Both the position numbers and the translations under genes were made by a program. A stretch of DNA of 64,000 nt from Macrostomum lignano (Eukaryota): NCBI GenBank assembly GCA_002269645.1, contig NIVC01002637.1, positions 1 through 64,000 on the forward strand, given 5' to 3'. Under the pieces are notes generated by a model. The model was not told the DNA's origin and searched no databases. It worked only from the letters and a program-made list of their open reading frames with translations. This document shows, one piece after another, positions 1-11,325 of this stretch; within the stretch, counting starts at the first letter, position 1, and the number at the start of each line of letters is the position of its first letter.

Positions 1-3000
1 GATGGCCTGGGCCCGCATGTCCCGGTGGCACTGCAGGATGTCAAACACCTTCACAAGAGAAGAGGGGAGAGAATAACTGTTTCTTAGAAACGAAATAAAA
101 TATTATTAGAAATAAAAAACCGATTCTTAGAAATAAATGAAAGTTTCGTAGAAAAAAAACCGATTCTTAGAAATGAATAAAGGATTCTTAGAAATAAAAA
201 ACCGATTCTTAGAAATGAATAAAAGATCGTAGAAAAAACCGATTCTTAAAAAACCGATTCTTAGAAATGAATAAGATTCGTAGAAAAAAAAGAACCGATT
301 CTTAAAAAAACCGATTCTTAGAAATGAATAAAAGATTCGTAGAAAAAAAAGAACGATTATTAAGAAACCGATTCTTAGAAATGAATAAAGGACTCTTAGA
401 AATAAAAAACCGATTTTTAGAAATGAACAAAATATTATTAGAAGTAATAAATAACCGATTCTTAGAAATAAACGATAAATTTTTAGAGACACGTAAATAT
501 TTGATTATTTAGACACGAATTGTCATTTCGAAGAAAGAGATGATGATGCTAATTCTACATGGGCATTTCTGTAATTGAAATACTACTAGTATATAGCCTC
601 ACATCTACTGACTACTACCTTGATCCGATCCTCACATCTACAGACTCTAGTCACCTTGATCTATCCGCACATCTACAGATGTCACCTTGATCTGATCATC
701 ACATCTACAGATGTCCCTTGATCTGATCATCACATCTACAGATGGTCACCTTGATCTGATCCTCACATCTACAGATCTAGTCACCTTGATCTACATCACA
801 TCTACAGATGTCACCTTGATCTGATCCTCATATCTACAGAGGTCACCTCGATCTGATCCTCATATCTACAGATGGTCACCTTGATCTGATCCTCACATCT
901 ACAGATGGTCACCTTGATCTGATCCTCATATCTACAGAAGGTCACCTTGATCTGATCCTCATATCTACAGACTCTAGTCACCTTGATCTGATCCTCACAT
1001 CTAGACTCTAGTCACCTTGATCTGATCCTCACATCTAGACTCTAGTCACCTTGATCTGATCCTCACATCTACAGACTCTAGTCACCTTGATCTGATCCTC
1101 ACATCTACAGACTCTAGTCACCTTGATCTGATCCTTACATCTACAGACTCTAGTCACCTTGATCTGATCCTCATATCTACAGACTCTAGTCACCTCGATC
1201 TGATCCTCATATCTACAGATGGTCACCTCGATCTGATCCTCACATCTACAGATGGTCACCTTGATCTGATCCTCATATCTACAGATGGTCACCTTGATCT
1301 GATCCTCATATCTACAGATGGTCACTTTGATCTGATCCTCATATCTACAGATTCTAGTCACCTTGATCTGATCCTCATATCTACAGATTCTAGTCACCTT
1401 GATCTGATCCTCATATCTACAGAGGGTCACCTTGATCTGATTCTCACATCTAGATTTTCACCCAGATTCACCTTAATATGAGTTCCCGGATAGATTTTGT
1501 GCACAACATCGCCGGGCGGGCGGCCGGCCTCCCGGTCCAGATAGAAGGTGCCAACAAAGACGGAGTGGTCGGAGAGCACTTCCAGCCACACGTTGCCCTC
1601 GTCTCGCATAGTCAGCTTGACGCCTTTGCCGATGTGCAGCCTGGCTCGCTCGGAGACCTCGCTGCGGTGAACGTTGCTCAACTGGCCGAGGCAGAAGCGA
1701 TGACTGGACGAAGGGTCAGTGTAGCCGTCAATGATCACCTTGGATTGCTGGTAGGGCACCTTGAACATTTCGCCAACCTGCTCGGCTTGCTCATAGTAGG
1801 TGATGGTGCACCAGTGCACCGGGTGAGGCTGCCTGGTTAGCGGCTGCTGACAAGAGACGCTGCGTTCAACCCAGGGAGTGGCCACTGACAATGGCGGCAG
1901 CTGGTGATGCTGCAGCTGCTGATGATGAATGGGCGGAGGCGGCGGCATGGCTTGAGCTCCCCAGCTTCCGTGATGCTGTTGCTGCTGCTGCTGCTGCTGG
2001 TTGTGATGATGCAGATGATGCTGCGGCGGCGGCTGCTGTTGCTGCTGCTGATGCTGGCCAGGATGCAGCTGGTGCGGATGCAGCTGAGACTGAGGCTGGT
2101 GCTGAAGGTGCTGCTGCTGGTGCAGCATAGGGGAAGCATAATCAGGCTGAGAGGTGGCGTCGTCATCATCGCCAAGGCTGAGAGTGGAGAACTCCAAGCC
2201 GGGCTGACCACGCGCTCGTAATGATACGGATTGACGCAGACTGCGTCCTGCTTGAGCTCGAACGCGTACTGGCACTGGCGGGTGTGCTTGAGCTCGTTCT
2301 TGTGCAGGTCCGGCCAGCGCCAGATCTTCGCGTACACCACGTGGGAAAGCCTTTACGACCGGCCACCTGGAGTGTTTGGGGATCACAGGCTGATAATAGT
2401 GGGATCAGAGGGTGATAATAGTGGGATCAGAGGGTGATGATAGTGGGATCAGAGGGTGATAATAGTGGGATCAGAGGGTGATAATAGTGGGATCAGAGGG
2501 TGATGATAGTGGGATCAGAGAGTGGTAATGTGGGATCAGAGGGTGATAATAGTGGGATCAGAGGGTGATAATAGTGGGATCAGAGGGTGATAATAGTGGG
2601 ATCAGAGGGTGATGATAGTGGGATCAGAGGGTGATAATAGTGGGATCAGAGGGTGATGATAGTGGGATCAGAGAGTGGTAATGTGGGATCAGAGGTGATA
2701 ATAGTGGGATCAGAGAGTGGTAATGTGGGATCAGATGATAATAGTGGGATCAGAGAGTGGTAATAGTGGAATCACAGGGTGACAAACAGTGACATTACAG
2801 GATGACAAACGGTGGGATCACAGGGTGACAAACAGTGGGATCACAGGGTGACAAACAGTGGGATCACAGGGTGACAAACAGTGGGAGCACAGGGTGACAA
2901 ACGGTGGGATTACACGGTATCAATCCAAATCAAAGCGCCAGTCATTACCTGCAGCCGGCCGTCAAGAGTCCTGGGTATGGTGACGCACTTTGTAGGCTGA

Positions 3001-3326
3001 TTACCGTTGCTGGTCACAGCTTGAATCAGCGCGTCCAATTCGTCGCGCTTATCTTTCAGCTTCTTCACCAGCGACTCGATAGCCTTCTTGCTGAACCCCT
3101 CGGACTCGCCGCCCTGCCTGTGGCACATCAGCGAGTGCACAATTGACAGGCAGGCGTCGGAGGACGTGACGGAGGAGGCGGCGCCAACTGAGGCGGGCGA
3201 CTGAGGCGGGTGCTGCATTGCCATGGCGGCGCTGCTGCTGGCGGCCGAATAGGCGGGAGACGGCGCCGCCGCGGGCGGATTGCAGACCGCAGGCGGATTG
3301 CTGCTGTTCATGTTTAGGGACAGCAT
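1..3326 (-). CDS. SMAD4: SMAD4 / Medea (co-Smad), 3'-partial; exons 3326-2949, 2366-1472, 48-<1; two apparent 1-nt deletions in exon 2
   Basis: MH1 [41 protein letters not shown]|[35 protein letters not shown]2 [54 protein letters not shown]|[13 protein letters not shown] junctions read at 2949/2948, 2367/2366, 1472/1471 and 49/48. Exon 2 is 895 nt and needs +2 nt (897) to keep phase 0. Confidence 0.96.
110..510. repeat. AT-rich degenerate tandem repeat (core AAAAAACCGATTCTTAGAAAT) in SMAD4 last intron
   Basis: Repeated AACCGATTCTTA motif visible directly. Confidence 0.85.
600..1455. repeat. 33-36 bp minisatellite (~24 copies) in SMAD4 intron; unit resembles the exon-end/5' splice site
   Basis: Unit GTCACCTTGATCTGATCCTCACATCTACAGACTCTA; minus strand contains GATCAGATCAAG|GTGAC. 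Confidence 0.95.
2385..2910. repeat. 22-23 bp minisatellite filling SMAD4 intron 1
   Basis: GTGGGATCAGAGGGTGATAATA grading into GTGGGATCACAGGGTGACAAACA. Confidence 0.95.
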
Positions 3327-3499
3327 TGACTGGGAAGTCTTTTATAGAGGCTAATAATCTTTTTTGACAGAAGCTTCTTCGGTTGTTGAAATATGACACC
3401 GCGCTCAGCGCTGGCGGCTGGAAATTTATTAACAAGCTGGATTTATTACTGGCAGCAGTCTGTCGTCAAGCATGCTGCGGTTTCGTTCAGACACAGTCC

Positions 3500-5512
3500 A
3501 TGAGTCAGTGAGTCAGTCAGTCACCCCCTCACTCAAGTCAGTCAGTGAGTCAGTCTGTCCGTGAGTCAGTGAGTCAGTCAGTGAGTCAGTCGGTGAGTCA
3601 GTCAGTCAGTGAGTCAGTCAGTGAGTCAGTGAGTCAGTCAGTGAGTCAGTCAGTCCGTGAGACAGTGAGTCAGTGAGTCAGTCAGTCCGTGAGTCATTGA
3701 GTCAGTCACCCACTCACTTAAGTCAGTCAGTGAGTCAGTCAGTGAGTCAGTCGGTGACTCAGTCAGTGAGTCAGTCGGTGACTCAGTCAGTCAGTGAGTC
3801 AGTGAGTAAGTGAGTCTGTGAGTCAGTCAGTCACCCCCTCACTCAAGTCAGTCAGTGAGTCAGTCAGTCCGTGAGTCAGTGAGTCAGTCAGTCCGTGAGT
3901 CATTGAATCAGTCAGTGAGTCAGTCACCCACTCACTTAAGTCAGTCAGTGAGTCAGTCACCCACTCACTTAAGTCAGTCAGCGAGTCAGTCAGTGAGTCA
4001 GTCGGTGACTCAGTCAGTCAGTGAGTCAGTGAGTCTGTGAGTCAATCAGTGAGTCAGTCACCCACTTCAAGTCAGTCAGTGAGTCAGTCAGTCACTCAAG
4101 TCAGTCAGTGAGTCAGTCAGTGAGTCAGTGAGTAAGTGAGTCAGTCAGTGAGTCAGTGAGTAAGTGAGTCAGTCAATGAGTGAGTTCAATGAGGAGTCTG
4201 TGAGTCAACGAGTGAGTCAGTTAGTCAGTCAATGAGTGAGTGAGTCAGTCAGTCAGTCAATGAGGGAGTCAATGAGGGAGTCAGTCAATGAGGGAGTCAA
4301 TGAGGGAGCCAGTCAATGAGGGTGAGTCAGTCAGTCATGAGGGAGTCAATGAGGGAGTCAGTCAATGAGGGAGTCAATGAGGGAGTCAGTCAATGAGGGA
4401 GTCAGTCAATGAGGGAGTCAATGAGGGAGTCAGTCAATGAGGGAGTCAGTCAATGAGGGAGTCAGTGAGTCAATGAGGGAGTCAGTCAATGAGGGAGTCA
4501 ATGAGGGAGTCAGTCAATGAGGGAGTCAGTCAATGAGGGAGTCAGTCAATGAGGGAGTCAGTCAGTCAATGAGGGAGTCAGTCAATGAGGGAGTCAGTCA
4601 ATGAGGGAGTCAGTCAATGAGGGAGTCAGTCAATGAGGGAGTCAGTCAATGAGGGAGTCAGTCAATGAGGGAGTCAGTCAATGAGGGAGTCAGTCAATGA
4701 GGGAGTCAGTGAGTCAATGAGTGAGTCAGTGAGTCAATGAGGGAGTCAGTCAATGAGGGAGTCAGTCAATGAGGGAGTCAGTCAATGAGGGAGTCAGTGA
4801 GTCAATGAGGAGTCAGTCAATGAGGAGTCAGTCAATGAGGAGTCAGTGAGTCAATGAGGGAGTCAGTCAGTCAATGAGGGAGTCAATGAGAGTCAGTCAA
4901 TGAGGGAGTCAGTCAATGAGTGAGTCAGTGAGTCAACGAGTGAGTCGGTCAGTCAGTCAATGAGTGAGTCAGTGAGTCAATGAGGGAGTCAATGAGGAGT
5001 CAGTCAATGAGGGAGTCAGTCAATGAGGGAGTCAGTCAATGAGGGAGTCAGTCAATGAGTGAGTCAGTGAGTCAATGAGGGAGTCAGTCAATGAGGGAGT
5101 CAGTCAATGAGGGAGTCAGTCAATGAGTGAGTCAGTGAGTCAATGAGGGAGTCAGTCAATGAGGGAGTCAGTCAATGAGGGAGTCAGTCAATGAGTGAGT
5201 CAGTGAGTCAATGAGGGAGTCAGTCAATGAGGGAGTCAGTCAATGAGGGAGTCAGTCAATGAGTGAGTCAGTGAGTCAATGAGGGAGTCAGTCAATGAGT
5301 GAGTCAGTGAGTCAATGAGGGAGTCAGTCAATGAGGGAGTCAGTCAATGAGTGAGTCAGTGAGTCAATGAGGGAGTCAGTCAATGAGTGTCAGTGAGTCA
5401 GTGAGTCAATGAGGGAGTCAGTCAATGAGGAGTCAGTCAATGAGTCAATGAGTCAGTGAGTCAGTGAGTCAATGAGGGAGTCAGTCAATGAGGGAGTCAG
5501 TTAGTCAGTCAG
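3500..5512. repeat. Compound TCAG/GAGTCAGT microsatellite and GAGGGAGTCAGTCAAT minisatellite upstream of SMAD4
   Basis: About 2 kb of GTGAGTCAGTCA and GAGGGAGTCAGTCAAT units. Confidence 0.95.
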
Positions 5513-5912
5513 TCAAATTGGACAAAAAGAGACAATTAAAAAGATTTATAAAAAAGATAAATTATAAAATAAATGATCAGATTTATTTATTAACAAGGCA
5601 CCTAAAAACAAGAACGCACACGCATTATCACAGAGGGGTTTTGTACGCTCGTACTGATGCAGAAAAACTGTTCGTTAGCCGAATCCATGACCGAAATCTG
5701 CCCATTCCGGTGAGCACTCTCTTGAGCACACACATACAAGCGCGCCAATATAATACGCAGGCACGCACTCATACGTGCTTTGGGGTTTGGCCCTCATGGC
5801 TGAGAGCCGCACGACAGCCCCATGGCCAATTCTATGCACCATAATGAATGCCCAGAATCCAACCAGAGGGCCCTGACCGCAATATACTACAGAGACGTTT
5901 ACAGCCGAGCTG

Positions 5913-8900
5913 CTATGGCTCTCCAATTGCTTCTAAAGCAGCTACAGCTCGATCTCGCATAGCCTCAGCCAGGCTGGCATTGGCACCCAGCCGCAGGCGG
6001 CTGAGCAGAGCCGCTAACCTATCGAAATACTCAGGCAGCCGGCGGCCGGACAACAGGACAGTATTAGCAGAATCCGGACTGACTATTGAGCACAGCTTCC
6101 GCAGATCTACCGGGCAGATCAGCAGGGCAGGCAGAGAGGCTTCGTCGAGCAAGCCGCTGTCGTCGCTGTAGGCATTCAACACGCAGCTGGCGTAGGGGCA
6201 ATGATCCAGACCGAAGCAGTGCAGCAGTTCGTGCAGCGATGTGCCCAACAGGTGGTGCCGGGACATCATCGGGTCCACGGCCGAGTTCAAGGAGGCTGCT
6301 GATGCGGTTGAAACTACGCAGCAGCGGTCCCCGGTGCCGCGGCCGTAGATTGGCTCGGAGATTGCACGCTCGAACAGGCCGTTAGAAAGCAGAGCCACGG
6401 TGACGGATTCAGTAGACGGATTGTGCACAGCGTCTGACAGAGCCGCTATGAGGTCCATGGCCTGGTGTACGCGAGCGAGGGGCGAATCATAGGACTTGTG
6501 TGTGTGCGTGTTTTACTCGTTATTTTGCAACTTAAAAAACTCTTATTTTTACTCTCAGTAGCTAGTTTAATATATAAAAATGCTTACTATAATTTTATTA
6601 GCTAATTGCTTACATTTTTACTAACAGTAGAGTAGGAATGTCTATGACTTTTTATTATTAAAAAGCTACTGATGTGTGTCTTTGGGCAAGGACTCTTTGA
6701 TCTACATATAGCTGCAATTTTGCACAAATTCGAAGTACACATACTCAGGCTGTGACTCGATCTACTATGCCCCATAATTTAGACTGGCATCTAGATGGCT
6801 TGTTGAATTGGTGATAGAAGATAGGAAAAATATGTTTTCAATGAATCACATAGAATTCATCAACGCGTAGCGAACTTTCCACGACCGAAACTGTCGCGTA
6901 GCGAAACTTTCTATGACCCAAACTGTCTATGACCCGCACTGTCTATAAACCAAACTGCCTATGATCCAAACTGTTCATGACCCAACTATCTATGATTCAA
7001 ACTGTCTATGACCCAAACTGTCTATGATTTAAACTGTCTATGACCTAAACTATATCACTCAGGCTGTCTATGACTAGACTGCCATGACCCTAACTATCTA
7101 TGATTCAAACTGTCTATGACCCAAACTTTCTATGACCCAAACTGTCTATGACCCACACTGTCTATGACCCAAACTGTCTATGATTTAAACTGTCTATGAC
7201 CCAAACTGTCTATGATTTAAACTGTCTATGACCTAAACTATATCACTCAGGCTGTCTATGACTAGACTGCCATGACCTTAACTATCTATGATTCAAACTG
7301 TCTATGACCCAAACTTTCTATGACCCAAACTGTCTATGACCCACACTGTCTATGAGCCAAACTGTCTATGACCCACACTGTCTATGAGCCAAACTGCTTA
7401 TGATCCAAACTGTTCATGACCCAACTGTCTATGATTTAAACTGTCTATGACCCAAACTATATGACTCAGGTTGTCATGACTGCCATGACCCAAACTGTCC
7501 ATGACCCAAACTTCCAACGGTACAAATCAGAGCATCTGACCTCCAGATAGGCTCGACCGCCCCGCCTGCGCAGTCCAATATCGTAGTCGTACTGCCCTAC
7601 GCGAAGCCGGGCCAAAGACTTTCCAGCCGGCCGCCAAGTCAGGAGGCAATCGCGGCCGCTGCTGCCGGAGCCAGAGCCAAAAACAACGCTACAGCCAGTG
7701 GAGGCGCGAAGGAATTCAACCAAATCGCTGTTCGCGGCCACCTGCCCGCTCTCCCCAGTTGTCGGATGCGAATCAGTCGCAGCACCGAGGGCGATTCTCC
7801 TCGTTGAAATCGGTCGGGAAAGTCGAGAAACTCGGCGTAGCACTGCGGCTGGCACTGCGACTCCAGCAGGTTGGGAAGCGGCCGGGGCCAGGCCGGTAGG
7901 AGAGAGGCCAGACAGGCCGCTAGGGCCGAGTCTTCACTGCTGCCCGATGCGGGTGGAGATTAGGCAGATTAGAGCTGCTACTCTACCCACCCTCCCCCCA
8001 ATCTCTCAGGGGGCTGCTACTCCCACCCCCAGTATCTCAGGGAGCTGCTACTCCCACCACCCTCCCCCCAGTATCTCAGGGAGCTGCTACTCCCACCACC
8101 CTGCGCCAGTCTCTCAGGGGGCTGCTACTCCCACCACCCTCAGCCAGTATCTCAGGGGCTGCTACTCCCACCACCCTCACCCCAGTATCTCAGGGGGCTG
8201 CTACTCCCACCACCCTCCCCCCAGTATCTCAGGGAGCTGCTACTCCCACCACCCTCCCCCCAGTATCTCAGGGAGCTGCTACTCCCACCACCCTCCCCCC
8301 AGTATCTCAGGGAGCTGCTACTCCCACCACCCTCAGCCAGTATCTCAGGGGGCTGCTACTCCCACCACCCTGCGCCAGTCTCTCAGGGGGCTGCTACTCC
8401 CACCACCCTCAGCCAGTATCTCAGGGGGCTGCTACTCCCACCACCCTCCGCCAGTCTCTCAGGGGCTGCTACTCCCACCACCCTCCGCCAGTCTCTCAGG
8501 GGCTGCTACTCCCACCACCCTCCGCCAGTCTCTCAGGGGGCTGCTACTCCCACCACCCTCCCCCAGTATCCTAGGGGGCTGCTACTCCCACCACCCTCAG
8601 CCAGTATCTCAGGGGGCTGCTACTCCCACCACCCTCCCCCAGTCTCTCAGGGGGCTGTTACTCTACCCACCCTCCCCAGTCTCTTAGGGCCAGGGGGCTG
8701 CTACCCTCCCCCAGTCTCTCTGCCACTCTCTCCTCTCACCGGTCATCTCCGTCTTCGCCCAGCCACCCAAGCGCGTGAAGTCGGACATCGAGCAGGCGGC
8801 CTCTAGCGGCGCACTGCAGCACATAGTCGGCCGGCACCGTGTTGTCCGAGCGCGCACCAATTGCCTCGTTGAATTTGTCATCGAATTCGCAATTGTAGCT

Positions 8901-9170
8901 CTGCACAAAAAAGTCGATATTAGGCGGGTCGGACTGATAACGACGGCTAAAATCGTTGACAGCGACCACAGCTCCGCCATGTCGGCGAATACAGTCGGCA
9001 AGGCGGGTGCGGCGCGGTTCGTGCTTCGATAAAGCGAAGCTCATGCCGGAGAATACGTGGGTGGCGGCCGTTTGGCCTCTGCGTGATTTTACATCGCCGG
9101 CATGGCCCCATGGCTCCGCTTGACGGTGGCGACGACTGGCGCTAGCTGCTGAGCGGCGGCTTTTCAGCAA
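5913..9170 (-). CDS. BRCT-domain + archaemetzincin-like zinc metalloprotease; exons ~9170-8740, ~7919-7541, 6461-5913 (5' end uncertain)
   Basis: Exon 1 has the BRCT pattern VFSGMSFAL..LADCIRRHGGAVV..IDFFV..VPADYVLQCAARGRLL. Last exon has HELLHCFGLDHCPYASCVLN (HExxHxxGxxH-C-x4-C) and ICPVDLRKL. Donors CG|GTGAGA (phase 2) and GAG|GTCAGA (phase 0) match acceptors CTAG|C (7920/7919) and CAG|GCC (6462/6461). Confidence 0.72.
6880..7510. repeat. 16-bp minisatellite (CTGTCTATGACCCAAA) in last intron of the BRCT-protease gene
   Basis: Direct reading; same family as 9255-9755. Confidence 0.92.
7975..8720. repeat. 38-39 bp C-rich minisatellite in intron (G-rich on the transcribed strand)
   Basis: CTACTCCCACCACCCTCCCCCCAGTATCTCAGGGAGCTG units. 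Confidence 0.95.
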
Positions 9171-9254
9171 AAATTGACGCGATAAATATGAAAAAATTAT
9201 TGACAGTGCTTAGCTGTATAGATTGTGCTGTCGCACAAATGCCTATCAAATGCC

Positions 9255-9755
9255 TATGCCCCAAACTGTCTATGAACTAAGCTGTCTATGACCTAAACTG
9301 TCTATGGCCTAAACTGTCTATGACCTAAACTGTATATAGCCTAAACGGTCTATGGTCTAAACTGTCTATGGCTTAAACAAACTAAACTGTCTATGACCTA
9401 ACCCAAACAGTATTTGACCTAAACAGTCTATGACATAAAGTGTCTATGGCCTAAACTGTCTATGGCTTAAACAAACTAAACTGTCTATGACCTAACCCAA
9501 ACAGTATTTGACCTAAACAGTCTATGACATAAAGTGTCTATGGCCTAAACTGTCTATGGCTTAAACAAACTAAACTGTCTATGACCTAACCCAAACAGTA
9601 TTTGACCTAAACAGTCTATGACATAAAGTGTCTATGGCCTAAATTGTCTATGGTCTAAACTGTCTATGGCTTAAACAAACTAAACTGTCTATGACCTAAC
9701 CCAAACAGTATTTGACCTAAGCAGTCTATGACATAAAGTGTCTATGGCCTAAATT
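9255..9755. repeat. 16-bp-based minisatellite (CTGTCTATGACCTAAA) with longer higher-order blocks
   Basis: AAACTGTCTATG core; block CCCAAACAGTATTTGACCTAAACAGTCTATGACATAAAGTG repeated four times. Confidence 0.9.
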
Positions 9756-10264
9756 AAACTTTCTGCTTATTCATTAACTAACCTGTCTAACTAAAACCTT
9801 TAAACCATCTAACTATCCTGATTTAGCAGTGCCTAGCAACTAGTCAACCAATAGTACCTAGTAGAAAGTTATACTCAATAGAGAAAAAAAGAGACGTTCT
9901 TACACATTTATGAAGTAAATAAAGCGTGCAACGATGCGGTTTAATTAAAAGGGAACAGAATCGGTCGCGACTCGCGAAGCACATTATTTTTGTTCAATTT
10001 GTTACCAAGATACACCTATCGGCTGTGCAAGCAAGACAATTTGGAGAAAGCGTAAAAATGACAGAGGAAGAGTTTTATTGAAAAAGTTCTCTGTGAGACA
10101 AAATATTCGATCGATTTTGTGTGAAACGTGGTGGAAACACATCAGTCAATATTTACCGATCTACTTGATAATTCTATTCTATCTGGAAACGTGCACTAAG
10201 ACCGTAAATCGTGTGAATAAATTTCGCAAAGATATTCATCTTTGTGTATATTAGGGTAGAATTT

Positions 10265-10560
10265 GACAAGATGGCATTGTGCGTACATTGGGGGCAGGAG
10301 TTGGCGAGTTGCTGTGTACATTGGGGGCAGGAGTTGGCGAGATGGTGCGTACACATTGGGGGCAGGAGTTGGCGAGATGGTATGTACATTGGGGGCAGGA
10401 GTTGGCGAGATGGTGCGTACACATTGGGGGCAGGAGTTGGCGAGATGGTGCGTACACATTGGGGGCAGGAGTTGGCGAGATGGTGCGTACACATTGGGGG
10501 CAGGAGTTGGCCAGATGGTGTGTACATTAGCAGGAGTTGGCCAGATGGTGCGTACATTGG
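10265..10560. repeat. 35-bp minisatellite (~8 copies)
   Basis: TACACATTGGGGGCAGGAGTTGGCGAGATGGTGCG units. Confidence 0.93.
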
Positions 10561-11325
10561 GTATAGTAATTGAATCCGACAGTCGATTTAATTATGGGTG
10601 TGTGAAGCCGGTGTAACCTGAAAGTAGTGCGTCATTGAGTACATTTTAACTACTCAAAGACGCCATCACAATTCATTAAAAATTTTAAAAAAACAACTTA
10701 ATATGTTTAGTGGCATAGAAGAATATTTAAAAAGGAACTCGTCGGGGAAAACTTATTTACTCGTAGATAAGGTTACTTAGAACACTACCTGCAACATATT
10801 TATATATGTATATAGGTTGATATAATAGATATACAGTCAGAAATAGCGTAAATAAAATATAAAGTGACCATAAAATTGGAATGTAGCAATCTCGCAACAC
10901 AGATGCAGCTGTGAAAAAGAGCTGTTAAAAAACTTAACTATATTTTATTAAATTATAGGCTAAATAAGAATGAATGAAGGCACAGGCTGACTAGCAGACC
11001 CTTTTTGGACCTACTTCCAGAAAGTTGTTTACAAGTAAAAAAAGAGTTTGTAATGATGGGGCAAAACTGTGTAAGGACACTGAGAAGGAAAGATTGAATG
11101 AATGTTTAATAAAAATCAGGACGGAATTCCGCTTTACGAAAGAAAATTAAAAAAGCACGGTGCAGTGACGAACTAAACCAGAATAAAAATGTACACAATT
11201 TACTTCTTTATCAAAACTGATTCTATAGGAAAAGGTCTTAGTTCAGTCTCAGTAGAGTCATTTTCTACACATTTCTATATAGGCATTGTGGTTAGAGCTT
11301 GATAAATCAATTTATAGCAAAACAA

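Noticed and set aside
49-1471. SMAD4 intron as a new intron created by tandem duplication of AG|GT
   Set aside because: The K|VFD and LQ|VAG junctions coincide, as I recall, with vertebrate SMAD4 intron positions. The intron is ancestral and only the array is new.
7698-8687. 329-aa plus-strand ORF and other ORFs over arrays (10174-10616, 11299-12183, 19009-20303, 31490-32680, 34093-34797, 44071-44571)
   Set aside because: They are antisense to real exons or translations of minisatellites, with periodic low-complexity products.
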